A DNA stretch of 59,686 nt. Source: Candidatus Nealsonbacteria bacterium. GTDB taxonomy: Bacteria; Patescibacteriota; Minisyncoccia; Minisyncoccales; GWA2-38-27. The stretch spans positions 74,692-134,377 of the forward strand of contig JAUWYA010000001.1 in the NCBI GenBank assembly GCA_030616085.1, written 5' to 3'. Position numbers and translations under genes: made by a program. Shown here piece after piece: positions 23,248 through 32,684 of the stretch (position 1 is the stretch's first letter; each line of letters starts with the position of its first letter). Under the pieces are notes generated by a model. That model was not told where the DNA came from and ran no database searches. It saw nothing but the letters and a program-made list of their open reading frames with translations.

Positions 23248-25365
23248 ATGAAGAAACAAATAGGTCTTGAATTAGAGGAACATCTAAAAGTAATAAAAGA
23301 GTTAGGATCAGACAAAATAGAAAAAGCCGTTCAGATGATTGTTGATTGTTATAAGAATAATGGCAAAGTTGTTTTATTTGGTAACGGGGGTTCAGCTGCT
23401 GATGCTCAGCATATAGCAGCAGAATTTGTTGGAGAATATAAATTAGAGAGAAAAAGCTTACCTGCTATAGCTTTGACAACAAATACCTCAATAATGAGCG
23501 CTGTTGGAAATGATTATGGTTTTGAACGAGTTTTTGAAAGACAAATTGAAAGCATGGTTGAAAGCAAAGATATAGTTATTGGAATTAGCACAAGCGGGAA
23601 TTCAGAAAATGTAATAAAAGGAATATTAAAAGCTAAAGAAAAAGGAGCTAAAACTATTGGTTTTACTGGAAGGAGTGGCGGTCGGTTGAAAAACGTTGTT
23701 GATATTTTACTGAATGTTTCTTCAGATAGTACCCCAAGAATTCAAGAAGCTCATATTACAATAGGGCATATCATGTGTGGCTTAGTAGAAAAAGAGCTTT
23801 TTGAGAATGAAAACTTTAAATGGAAAGTTTCAAAAAATAAAATTACTATGTCGTCCCAAAAATTTAAAACACTATTTATCTACTCCAATCCTAGAATCAT
23901 GTCGCTGGTGCCGCCAGTGGTTGCTCTTCTTTATAGGATTTTATCAGATGCAGGGATTAAAATGAATCTTTTTGACACTAGTCTTTATGATGCCAGCAAG
24001 GGCATGGTTAACGCAGATGATTACGATAAGATGATAATGGCAGTTAAGCCATATCAAAAAGAATTAGAAGAAAAAGTAGGCGAGCTTAATAGTATTGATA
24101 ATTTAGTACCTGACCTTCAAGAAAAGGTTCGCTCTTTTTCACCTGATTTAATAATGGCTACTGTCACAGAAAGCACCTTTTTATACACAATAGATTTGCT
24201 TAAAAAGATTAAGCATTTTAATGTTCCAGTTTTGTTAGGCGGGGTATTCGCAACTTTCGCAAGCGATTTAGTAATAAAATATGATGAGATTGATATGCTT
24301 TGTATTGGAGAGGCAGAGAATATAATTGTTAGCCTTTGTGAATGTCTTGCAAAAGGCAAAGATCCTTCAGGCATGCAGAATTTATGGGTTAAGAAAAAAG
24401 ATGGAAGTATTGTTAAAGGTCCTCTTGCTCCACCGGTAGATATTAATAAAAATCCTCTGCCAGATATGTCTATTTTTGACGACAGAAGATTTTACCGGGC
24501 AATGGCAGGCAAGATTTATCGTATGTTTCCGGTTGAAACTCACCGTGGCTGTCCTCATACTTGCGGTTTTTGCAATTCTCCTTTGCAAAATAAACTTTAT
24601 CAAGAAAAAACCAATTCACACTATTTTAGAGCCAAATCCATTCCTTTGGTTATGAAGGAGATACGTTATTACGTTGAGAACTTTAACCCAGAATATTTCT
24701 TTTTCTGGGCTGACAATTTTTTCTTTTATCCTGAAAAAGAAATAGATGAATTCTGCGAAGCCTATTCAGAGATAAAAATACCATTTTTTGTCCAGTCACA
24801 CCCCAATCAATTATCAGAGCATAAAATAAAGAGATTGAAAGAGGTTGGTTTGCATCGGGTTACTATTGGTATTGAACATGGCAACGAAGAATTCAGAAGG
24901 AATGTTATTAATCGTTTTTATTCCAACGAACAGCTTTTAGAGGGAGTGAGAATTCTCCACAAGTATAATGTTCCTCTTGGTGCCAATAATATCTGTGGTT
25001 TTCCCACGGAAACTCCAGAACTTTTCATGGATACCGTAGAATTAAATAGAAAATTAAATGCTGACAATAATTCTTGCTCAATCTTTACGCCTTTCTACGG
25101 CACTCCTTTAAGAGTATTGGCTGTTGAAAAGGGCTATCTCAAAAACCCGGATATTATTGCTCCAACCAATACTGAAAGATCTATTTTGGATATGCCTCAA
25201 TTCACCAAAGAGCAGATTTCAGGCAAATCAAGGACTTTTAATCTCTATGTCCATTTTCCTAAAAATCGCTGGCCGGAAATAGAAAAGGCCGAAAAAATGA
25301 CTCCTGAAGGCAATAAAATTTGGAATGAGTTACGTCAAGAATATCAAAAAAATACGCTAACTTAG
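23248..25365 (+). CDS. fusion protein: N-terminal SIS (GmhA-like sugar-phosphate isomerase) domain + B12-binding-domain radical SAM enzyme
   Basis: N-terminal VVLFGNGGSAADAQHIAAEF (GmhA-type SIS). Residues from about 200 onward show a B12-binding-like Rossmann segment, then HRGCPHTCGFCNS (CX3CX2C). Single 705-aa ORF. Confidence 0.8.
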   Translation: MKKQIGLELEEHLKVIKELGSDKIEKAVQMIVDCYKNNGKVVLFGNGGSAADAQHIAAEFVGEYKLERKSLPAIALTTNTSIMSAVGNDYGFERVFERQIESMVESKDIVIGISTSGNSENVIKGILKAKEKGAKTIGFTGRSGGRLKNVVDILLNVSSDSTPRIQEAHITIGHIMCGLVEKELFENENFKWKVSKNKITMSSQKFKTLFIYSNPRIMSLVPPVVALLYRILSDAGIKMNLFDTSLYDASKGMVNADDYDKMIMAVKPYQKELEEKVGELNSIDNLVPDLQEKVRSFSPDLIMATVTESTFLYTIDLLKKIKHFNVPVLLGGVFATFASDLVIKYDEIDMLCIGEAENIIVSLCECLAKGKDPSGMQNLWVKKKDGSIVKGPLAPPVDINKNPLPDMSIFDDRRFYRAMAGKIYRMFPVETHRGCPHTCGFCNSPLQNKLYQEKTNSHYFRAKSIPLVMKEIRYYVENFNPEYFFFWADNFFFYPEKEIDEFCEAYSEIKIPFFVQSHPNQLSEHKIKRLKEVGLHRVTIGIEHGNEEFRRNVINRFYSNEQLLEGVRILHKYNVPLGANNICGFPTETPELFMDTVELNRKLNADNNSCSIFTPFYGTPLRVLAVEKGYLKNPDIIAPTNTERSILDMPQFTKEQISGKSRTFNLYVHFPKNRWPEIEKAEKMTPEGNKIWNELRQEYQKNTLT

Positions 25366-25372
25366 AGGAAAT

Positions 25373-26803
25373 ATGAATCAAAAAGGAAAAGTATTATTTA
25401 TTATTCATGATGTCTATCAAGATGACAATGATTTTGCATTAGGAATAGGTTATCTTGCGGCTGTCTTGAAAAAAGAAGGAAATGACGTAAAGGTTTGTTG
25501 CCAAGATATTTTTCATTATTCAAACGAGGAACTGGCTAAGCTTTTTTTAAAAAACCAGAATTATGATTTAATCAGTATTGGTTTTTTAGCAGCAAGATTT
25601 AGAGAAACAATATTGGACTTATGTACCACAGTAAATAAATTTAAGAAGAATGCTTGGTTGGTTTTGGGTGGACACGGTCCGTCGTCTATACCAAAATATG
25701 TATTAAAAGAAACTAATGCTGATATAGCGGTAATAGGAGAAGCCGAAGAAACAATTATTGAATTATTAAAATGCAAGCTTGAAAATAGAGATTTATCTCA
25801 AATAGAAGGTATTGCTTATTGTAATAATGGCGATATCGTGATTAATAAAAGAAGAGAACCGATTTGGGATTTAGATTCTATTCCTTTCCCAGAATGGTCT
25901 CTGTTTCCAATGGAGAGATATACAACCTGTTTACAGCTTTATCATATGTCTAAAGATGACAAAGCCTTAGGCATATCAACAAGCAGAGGATGTGTTAATC
26001 GATGTAACTTTTGTTATCGGATGGAAAAAGGCATCCGTTTTAGGAGTATAGAAAATATCATTGAGGAAATAAAATTTTTAAAAGAGAAATACAGAATAAC
26101 TTATTTTCAAATCCTTGATGAACTGTTTATTTTTTCTAAAAAAAGAATTTTTGAGTTTTACGAAGCATTGAGAAAAAATAATTTAAAAATAAAATTTAGT
26201 TGTAATGCTAGGGTAGATATTTTTGATGAGGAAATTGCTGTCTGTTTAAAAAAAAGTGGCTGTAATTTTCTAAACTTTGGAATGGAGTCTTCAGACCAGA
26301 ATGTCTTAAATTTAATGAAGAAAAATACCACGGTTGAGCAGAATATTCAAGCAGCCGAAATAACCGGAAAAATAGGAATTGGATTGGGCTTAAATTTTAT
26401 TTGGGGCAATAAAGGAGATACCGAGAAGTCATTAAGGAATAATGTAGAGTTAATTAAAAAATATAATAGTTATGACGAAATTAGAACCATTAGGCCAGTT
26501 ACTCCTTATCCTGGGAGCGAGTTGTATTATGAGGCAATAGAGAGGGGCTTGTTGTCCGGGCCAGAGGACTTTTTTAACAAGTTTAGAAATTCAGATTTAT
26601 TAACCGTTAATTTTACTGACATCCCGGAAGAAGAATTTTATAAATTACTATTTGGAGCTAACAAAGAATTGATAATTAATCATTTTGCTCATACCACAAA
26701 GAATATGAATAGTGCTAATAAATTAATAAAAGGTTTTTACGACTTATATTTTAAGAGTAAAGTTAGTTTTAGAGGAGCGCGGCATTATAATAAAAAGAAT
26801 TAA
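25373..26803 (+). CDS. B12-binding-domain radical SAM enzyme (class B-like)
   Basis: N-terminal cobalamin-binding-like domain (VLFIIHD...LGIGYLAAVLKKEG) and SRGCVNRCNFCY. Confidence 0.8.
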   Translation: MNQKGKVLFIIHDVYQDDNDFALGIGYLAAVLKKEGNDVKVCCQDIFHYSNEELAKLFLKNQNYDLISIGFLAARFRETILDLCTTVNKFKKNAWLVLGGHGPSSIPKYVLKETNADIAVIGEAEETIIELLKCKLENRDLSQIEGIAYCNNGDIVINKRREPIWDLDSIPFPEWSLFPMERYTTCLQLYHMSKDDKALGISTSRGCVNRCNFCYRMEKGIRFRSIENIIEEIKFLKEKYRITYFQILDELFIFSKKRIFEFYEALRKNNLKIKFSCNARVDIFDEEIAVCLKKSGCNFLNFGMESSDQNVLNLMKKNTTVEQNIQAAEITGKIGIGLGLNFIWGNKGDTEKSLRNNVELIKKYNSYDEIRTIRPVTPYPGSELYYEAIERGLLSGPEDFFNKFRNSDLLTVNFTDIPEEEFYKLLFGANKELIINHFAHTTKNMNSANKLIKGFYDLYFKSKVSFRGARHYNKKN

Positions 26804-26830
26804 TTAAAGCCTACGAGGCTAGAGAAAAAG

Positions 26831-28141
26831 ATGAAAAATTTATCTTATTATAACAAACTTGGCTTTGAAGACGCATTTTCTTGGAAACAAAAGGATTCTC
26901 CTGGATTTTTTTTGCTTGATGGCGAGTTTAAATCAGTAGAAAGTTTGCAGCTGAGCATATTACAAGGTGCCAAAAAAATAATGCAAGGATATAATAAATA
27001 CAAATTCGCTCTAAATTTTTATGACAGGTTTTTTCAGAAATTATGTTTTAAAAATAATAAAAAAGGCAAGAAGATTTTGTTTCACAGCATGAGATACTCC
27101 GACCTTATTTTGGAAAGTAAAAAACATTATCCTTTAGGATTGATGATAGAGGGAAAGAAAGATAGGTGGTTTTCATTGAAGAATTTTACTGGATATCTAA
27201 ATACGAGCGATTTATATCAATATGTTTATTATTATATGAAAGAAAAAAACATAGATTATCTTTATCAGTTAGTTGAAAAACTGGAAGAAAAATTAGAAGT
27301 TTTGAGACCAAATTATGTAGTATTATGGAGTAATGGCTTTCCAATTGAAAAAGCTATTGTATTGGTATGCAAAAAATTTGGCATTTCTACCTTATTAATT
27401 CAACACGGAGCATTTCAATCAAGCACATTTTCGTCTATGGGTAGCGAAAAAATGGCTGTTGATTATCTTTTAGTCTGGGGGCAATATTTTAAAGATTTAT
27501 ATGTCAAAGAAAATATAAGAAAGCCAGAAGAAATTTATATTTTAGGATATCCTTATAAAATTTGTAAACCTAAATTAAAAAAGAAGAAAAAATATACTGT
27601 TTGTTATTTAGGCCATCCTTTTGAAAAAGATAATAAAGAACTACTAAATCTGAAATTAAAAACCTTAACTGAATTAAATAAAATATGCGAAAAATTGAAC
27701 ATTGAATTTTTTTGTCGTCTTCATCCTCGAGACAACAGAAATCTTTTAAAAAGCAAGGCTCCAGACATAAGATTTGCTCCGAAAAATGAAAGATTATTTG
27801 ATACTATTGCTAAAGGAGATATTTTTATTTCTTTTAGTTCTACTTCTCTAATAGAAGCAGCAATGAGAGGTAAGATTAGTTTGCAATTAATGAATTATCC
27901 TTTGCATAGAGATAATCTTGAAAAATTAGGAGCTTGCACTAGAAGTTTTCAGAACATTGAACAATTAAGTGAATATCTTCAAAAAGTAATTAGAGATTCT
28001 CACTTGAAAGAAAATAAATTTGAGTTTAATAATTATTATATTGAAACTAGATATAATCCGGGCCAACGATTTGCAGAGATATTAAACCAAATTGAGAATA
28101 AACAAACTAAGGAGCTTAGCTCCTTGAACACTTTTTTATGA
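26831..28141 (+). CDS. hypothetical protein, putative glycosyl/ulosonyl transferase (paralog of 54159-55760)
   Basis: Shares ...VCKKFGISTLLIQHGAF...DYLLVWGQYFKDLY with the 54159 protein (...ACKLNKIKTYGFQHGQF...DKLFVWNKYWKKVL). I cannot name the family. Confidence 0.4.
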   Translation: MKNLSYYNKLGFEDAFSWKQKDSPGFFLLDGEFKSVESLQLSILQGAKKIMQGYNKYKFALNFYDRFFQKLCFKNNKKGKKILFHSMRYSDLILESKKHYPLGLMIEGKKDRWFSLKNFTGYLNTSDLYQYVYYYMKEKNIDYLYQLVEKLEEKLEVLRPNYVVLWSNGFPIEKAIVLVCKKFGISTLLIQHGAFQSSTFSSMGSEKMAVDYLLVWGQYFKDLYVKENIRKPEEIYILGYPYKICKPKLKKKKKYTVCYLGHPFEKDNKELLNLKLKTLTELNKICEKLNIEFFCRLHPRDNRNLLKSKAPDIRFAPKNERLFDTIAKGDIFISFSSTSLIEAAMRGKISLQLMNYPLHRDNLEKLGACTRSFQNIEQLSEYLQKVIRDSHLKENKFEFNNYYIETRYNPGQRFAEILNQIENKQTKELSSLNTFL

Positions 28142-29652
28142 AATGGGTTTTTTTAATAAATAACGCGCCGTTTTTAATGGAAGTTCTGGGAGAGTTTGCT
28201 TGTCAGATAGAGGAAGAAGGGGATGAGTGCATCGGGATTATAAGCGGCAAGATTGCCGAGTATAAAAAAAAGAAGTATTTTCCGAATAAGATGAGATTTA
28301 TTTCTAAAATTGATTGGTGTATTAGAAACTTTCAGAGAAATAAAAAAGAATTTGGCAATTTATCGTGGAGAAAAGTCTTTTTTGTCTTTGACAGGCTTAA
28401 ACGATCGGACTTTAGTTATGATAATTCATTAGACATGGTTTCGCAGGTTTATCAATTTTTTGAGTTTATTTTTAGAAAAGAAAGGCCTGATGTGATAATC
28501 AGTGAACCGTGCTCGGGTTTATTTAATGGGATTGCTTATTATTTCTGCCAAATGAATAAAGTGCCTTATTTTGGTTTAACGAGCTCTAGATTTAGAAATA
28601 GGATAGATGTTTATGATTTGGAAACTACTTGTTCAGAATATAGAAAAACTTTTAGAGAAATAAACCCCGTTAGAGATTCTAGGGACAGAGAAAAGATAGA
28701 GAAAGGAGGTATCTCTAACGGGGTAAATAATAATGATATTTCTGACAAAGAAAAGCAGTTTGCAAAGAATTTTATTGAAAAATTTATATCTCATAAAGAG
28801 CTGCCTTCTTATATGGAGTGCCAGAAAATTTATTTTACCCAGTTTGGTTTTATTAAACATTATCTGAGAAGAATAAAAGAACTCGGCCGTCCTTATTTTC
28901 AATATTTTTTAAATAGGAAACATTTTAAAAAGTTTGATTACGAGAGCGAAAATGTTTTCAAAAACGGTTTTCGGGCGCCTTTTAAGGCTGAAAGACGAAA
29001 GTTTAGAATTTTGTCCCAAAAGAATATTTTTAGCCGTTTAAGTAACCTAGATAACAATCAGAAATTTTTTCTGTTTCCTTTACAGCTTCAGCCAGAGGCC
29101 TCAACTTCTGTTTTAGCCACTTATTTTTGCGACCAGTTAAACACTATAAAAAATACAGCATTTGCCTTGCCTCTTCTCTATAAATTATATATAAAAGAGC
29201 ATCCTTCCGCTGTTGGCACTAAACCGAGAAGTTTCTATAAAGAGTTAGAAAAACTTCCTAATGTGGTTTTAATTTCTGCCCATGAAAATGTGGAAAATCT
29301 TATTAAAAAGTCATCAGGAGTTATTACTTTAACCAACACTATTGGAATAGAAGCAGCCCTTGTTGGCAAACCAGCATATGTTCTAGGAAATGTATTTTAT
29401 TCTTATCATCCTTTATGTAGAGAAGTGAAAAGTTTTGAAGAACTGAAAAATAGAATAGAGATGGATTTAATTAATAAGCCAAATACAGAAAACTTAGAAG
29501 ACATTAATTGTCGTTTTATTACTTCTTATTTCAGAAATACAATCCCCGGCATTATTGATGAAGCCGTTCTTAAAAATGACACAAATAATTATCAGTTTAT
29601 GTATAAAAATATAAAGAGATTGTATCAGGAGATAAACAAAAATGCAAAATAA
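28138..29652 (+). CDS. capsule-polysaccharide-biosynthesis (KpsC/KpsS, Capsule_synth-like) family protein
   Basis: FFLFPLQLQPEASTSV resembles the LPLQV..DSQ motif of KpsS/KpsC-type beta-Kdo transferases, and the length and context fit. The assignment is from motif memory only. Confidence 0.5.
   Translation: MKWVFLINNAPFLMEVLGEFACQIEEEGDECIGIISGKIAEYKKKKYFPNKMRFISKIDWCIRNFQRNKKEFGNLSWRKVFFVFDRLKRSDFSYDNSLDMVSQVYQFFEFIFRKERPDVIISEPCSGLFNGIAYYFCQMNKVPYFGLTSSRFRNRIDVYDLETTCSEYRKTFREINPVRDSRDREKIEKGGISNGVNNNDISDKEKQFAKNFIEKFISHKELPSYMECQKIYFTQFGFIKHYLRRIKELGRPYFQYFLNRKHFKKFDYESENVFKNGFRAPFKAERRKFRILSQKNIFSRLSNLDNNQKFFLFPLQLQPEASTSVLATYFCDQLNTIKNTAFALPLLYKLYIKEHPSAVGTKPRSFYKELEKLPNVVLISAHENVENLIKKSSGVITLTNTIGIEAALVGKPAYVLGNVFYSYHPLCREVKSFEELKNRIEMDLINKPNTENLEDINCRFITSYFRNTIPGIIDEAVLKNDTNNYQFMYKNIKRLYQEINKNAK
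28664..28724. repeat. palindromic element, copy 3, embedded in-frame in a CDS (arms ACCCCGTTAGAGAT / ATCTCTAACGGGGT)
   Basis: Perfect 14-bp arms at 28664-28677 and 28711-28724 with a 33-nt spacer. The segment translates as ...NPVRDSRDREKIEKGGISNGV... inside ORF 28138-29652. Confidence 0.75.
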
Positions 29653-30793
29653 AAAAATTATTTTCTTAATTCCTACACTGAATATAGGCGGCGGCGAAAG
29701 AGTGGCTTCAGAAGTGTCTTTAAATTTGCCAAATTATATTAAAATAACCTTTGTTTTGTTTAAAAATGAAATTTTTTATCCTTATAAAGGAAATTTGATT
29801 TGTTTAAACCTCCCAATTTCTATTAATTTTCTTTTAAGAATATATTACTTTTTTATTGGAATTTTTCGATTTAAAAAAATAGTTAAAAAAGAAAAACCTG
29901 ATTATATAATTAGTTTCTCAAAGCAGGCAGATATTATTAATGTTTTATCTAACAAGAAATCTGACAAAAAAGCGATATTAAGAGTTGACAACTTTATGTC
30001 AGAGGTTTGCAAAGGATTTGAGGGAAGAATATATAAAATTTTTATTAGATTTTTATTCAATAAATCATTCCAAATTATCAGCGTTTCCCAAGCAGCTGTC
30101 GATGATTTAGTCAAAAATTTTGGAATCAAAAAAGAAAAATTTAAAGTAATTTACAATCCTTTAAATGTAAAAAAAATCCAACAAATAATGATAGAACCGC
30201 TTGAAGACAAGTATAAGGAAATTTTTGAAAATCCAGTAGTAATCAATATAGGAAGATTAGCAAGACAAAAAAGTCAAAAGCGTTTGATAAAGGCCTTTAA
30301 AGACGTGAAAAACGAAATAAAAAACGTTAAACTTGTAATTTTGGGGCAGGGTTGTCTTGAGCAGGAGCTAAGACAACTAATTAAAGATTTGAACTTGGAA
30401 AAAGATGTTTACCTTTTAACATGGCAGGAAAATCCGTTTAAATTTTTAGCTAAATCAAAAGTATTTGTTTTATCTTCTTTGTATGAAGGATTTGGCAATG
30501 TAATAGTTGAAGCAATGGCTTGCAGTCTTCCTATTATATCAATGGATTGCAAGGCCGGACCAAGAGAAATTTTAGCTCCAGATACTGATATTAATGATCA
30601 GGCAGAGGATATTGAATACGCTGAATATGGAATTTTAACCCCACCCCTTAATGAACAAAAATTAAGTCAGGCAATGATTGAAATATTAACTAATAAGGAA
30701 TTGTCAGATAGTTTAATTGAAAAATCTAAACAAAGAGCAAATGATTTTGACACGAAAAAGATTATTAAAGATTGGGATTTTTTAGGATATTAA
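29642..30793 (+). CDS. GT4-family glycosyltransferase
   Basis: EGFGNVIVEAMACSLPIIS (E-x7-E region) and GT-B length. Confidence 0.8.
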   Translation: MQNKKIIFLIPTLNIGGGERVASEVSLNLPNYIKITFVLFKNEIFYPYKGNLICLNLPISINFLLRIYYFFIGIFRFKKIVKKEKPDYIISFSKQADIINVLSNKKSDKKAILRVDNFMSEVCKGFEGRIYKIFIRFLFNKSFQIISVSQAAVDDLVKNFGIKKEKFKVIYNPLNVKKIQQIMIEPLEDKYKEIFENPVVINIGRLARQKSQKRLIKAFKDVKNEIKNVKLVILGQGCLEQELRQLIKDLNLEKDVYLLTWQENPFKFLAKSKVFVLSSLYEGFGNVIVEAMACSLPIISMDCKAGPREILAPDTDINDQAEDIEYAEYGILTPPLNEQKLSQAMIEILTNKELSDSLIEKSKQRANDFDTKKIIKDWDFLGY

Positions 30794-30794
30794 T

Positions 30795-31787
30795 ATGACT
30801 ATTGGCTGGATTGAGATTAATAAAAAGAAATATGGCGGAGTTGTTTATGACGACAAAGCTAAAGATATTTTATCTAAAGAATTTGACTTAGATTTAATAA
30901 ATTCTGAGTCAAAATATTTTAAAAAAGTAAGATATCTAAAAATTCCAGAATCTTTATTTTATCTTTTTAAATTAAAAGGAAAAAAAGATTTATGGATAAG
31001 AGATTTTTTCTCTACCATTACTTTATCTTTAAAAAAAACCAAAGGTAAAAATTTAGTTATGGTTCATCATCTTGATCTTTCCGGCCTCCCCTTAATCTCA
31101 AGACCCTTTTTGAATTTACTTAAAAGATTTTTTTTCTATCCCAAGCTCCAAAAAGCAGATGCCATTGTAACAGTTTCTGAATATTGGAAAAATTACCTAA
31201 TAAAGAGGGGATATAAAAATGTTTATAAAATATATAATAGCTTTAATTTATCCAACTTTAATATTTTAGATAAAGAGGTTTTAGATTTTAAACAGAGATA
31301 TAATCTTCAAGATAAACCAATTATTTATTTAGGCAACTGCCAAAAAGCAAAAGGAGTAGTAGAAAGCTATAAAGCCCTGAAGGATTTAAATGTTCATTTG
31401 GTTACCTCCGGGACAAGGCAAGTTAAAATTCCAGCTTTAAATTTAAATTTGGGATATAAAGATTATTTAAAATTATTGAAAGCATCATCAGTAGTAATAA
31501 CTATGTCTAAATTTAAAGAGGGTTGGTGTAGAACTACTCATGAAGCAATGTTGTTAAAAACACCGGCAATAGGTTCGGGCACAGGCGGAATGAGAGAATT
31601 GTTAGAAGGAGGAAAACAGATAGTTTGTGAGGATTTTAGAAAACTGAAGGAAAAAGTAGAATATTTATTAGAAAATCCTGGGGTAAGAGAAAAAATGGGA
31701 GAAAATGGTTATATTTTTGCTAAAAAATTTACCTTGGAGGAGTTTGAAGAAAAATGGATAGATTTAATTGAAAAAGTTTTAAAATAA
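30795..31787 (+). CDS. GT-B fold glycosyltransferase (GT4-like, divergent)
   Basis: EGWCRTTHEAMLLKTPAIGSGTGGMRELL. Confidence 0.65.
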   Translation: MTIGWIEINKKKYGGVVYDDKAKDILSKEFDLDLINSESKYFKKVRYLKIPESLFYLFKLKGKKDLWIRDFFSTITLSLKKTKGKNLVMVHHLDLSGLPLISRPFLNLLKRFFFYPKLQKADAIVTVSEYWKNYLIKRGYKNVYKIYNSFNLSNFNILDKEVLDFKQRYNLQDKPIIYLGNCQKAKGVVESYKALKDLNVHLVTSGTRQVKIPALNLNLGYKDYLKLLKASSVVITMSKFKEGWCRTTHEAMLLKTPAIGSGTGGMRELLEGGKQIVCEDFRKLKEKVEYLLENPGVREKMGENGYIFAKKFTLEEFEEKWIDLIEKVLK

Positions 31788-31790
31788 TGT

Positions 31791-32684
31791 ATGCTTAAAG
31801 AGTATTATCAAATTATAAAACAATTATTTTGTATATTAATAATTAATCCAAGATATTTTTTCAAAAGAATTTTTCTTGAATTAAAAGCTTTTGTTTTGCC
31901 GCTTCCCAGGTCTTCTATTTTAAAGAAAATGAATGGAGTATTATTTAGATTTGATTTTGATTATAGTCCAAACATAAAAAGAATGTATTTCAAAATCTAT
32001 GAACCGGGAATTGGTGAAATTTTAAGAACTTTTTTAAAAGAGGGGGATAGCTTTATTGATGTTGGGGCAAGTATCGGCTATTTTAGCGCAATTGCTGCTG
32101 GATGTGTTGGAAAGAATGGAGAAGTTCATAGTTTTGAACCTATACCCGAATATTTCTCAAAACTGAAAAGTTTTGCTGAAATGAATAGAGAATACAAAAT
32201 AAAGGCAAATCAATGTGCCTTAGGCGACAAAGAAGAATCTAAAAAAATCTATATTAAAGGTTATCCTTATATTGGAAGCAATTCATTTTTCCCTAAGTTA
32301 TTGTTGACAGATAATGTAAAAGAGAATAAAAATAAGACTGCTGAAGTTCCTATTCAACGGCTTGATAAATATATTAAAGAAAGAAAAATAAATAATATAA
32401 AGATGATAAAAATTGACGTAGAAGGTTTTGAGTTTCCAGTACTTTTGGGATTAGAGAGATATTTTTTAAGATGTCAAGATACTGGTTTTTATCCTTTGAT
32501 TATATGTGAAATTATTGCGAGCGTTTATCCTTCTTTGGAGTATAAATTAGAAGACCTTTTTGATTATATGAAAAGATTTTCTTATTACCCATTTGAAATT
32601 ATTAATACTAAGAAAAGAATAAAGATAGATAAAATAAGGAAAAAAGGATTAGTTAATGTTTTTTTTAAATTTTGCAAACCATGA
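31791..32684 (+). CDS. FkbM-family methyltransferase
   Basis: FIDVGASIGYFS and IKIDVEGFEFPVLLG. Confidence 0.8.
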   Translation: MLKEYYQIIKQLFCILIINPRYFFKRIFLELKAFVLPLPRSSILKKMNGVLFRFDFDYSPNIKRMYFKIYEPGIGEILRTFLKEGDSFIDVGASIGYFSAIAAGCVGKNGEVHSFEPIPEYFSKLKSFAEMNREYKIKANQCALGDKEESKKIYIKGYPYIGSNSFFPKLLLTDNVKENKNKTAEVPIQRLDKYIKERKINNIKMIKIDVEGFEFPVLLGLERYFLRCQDTGFYPLIICEIIASVYPSLEYKLEDLFDYMKRFSYYPFEIINTKKRIKIDKIRKKGLVNVFFKFCKP

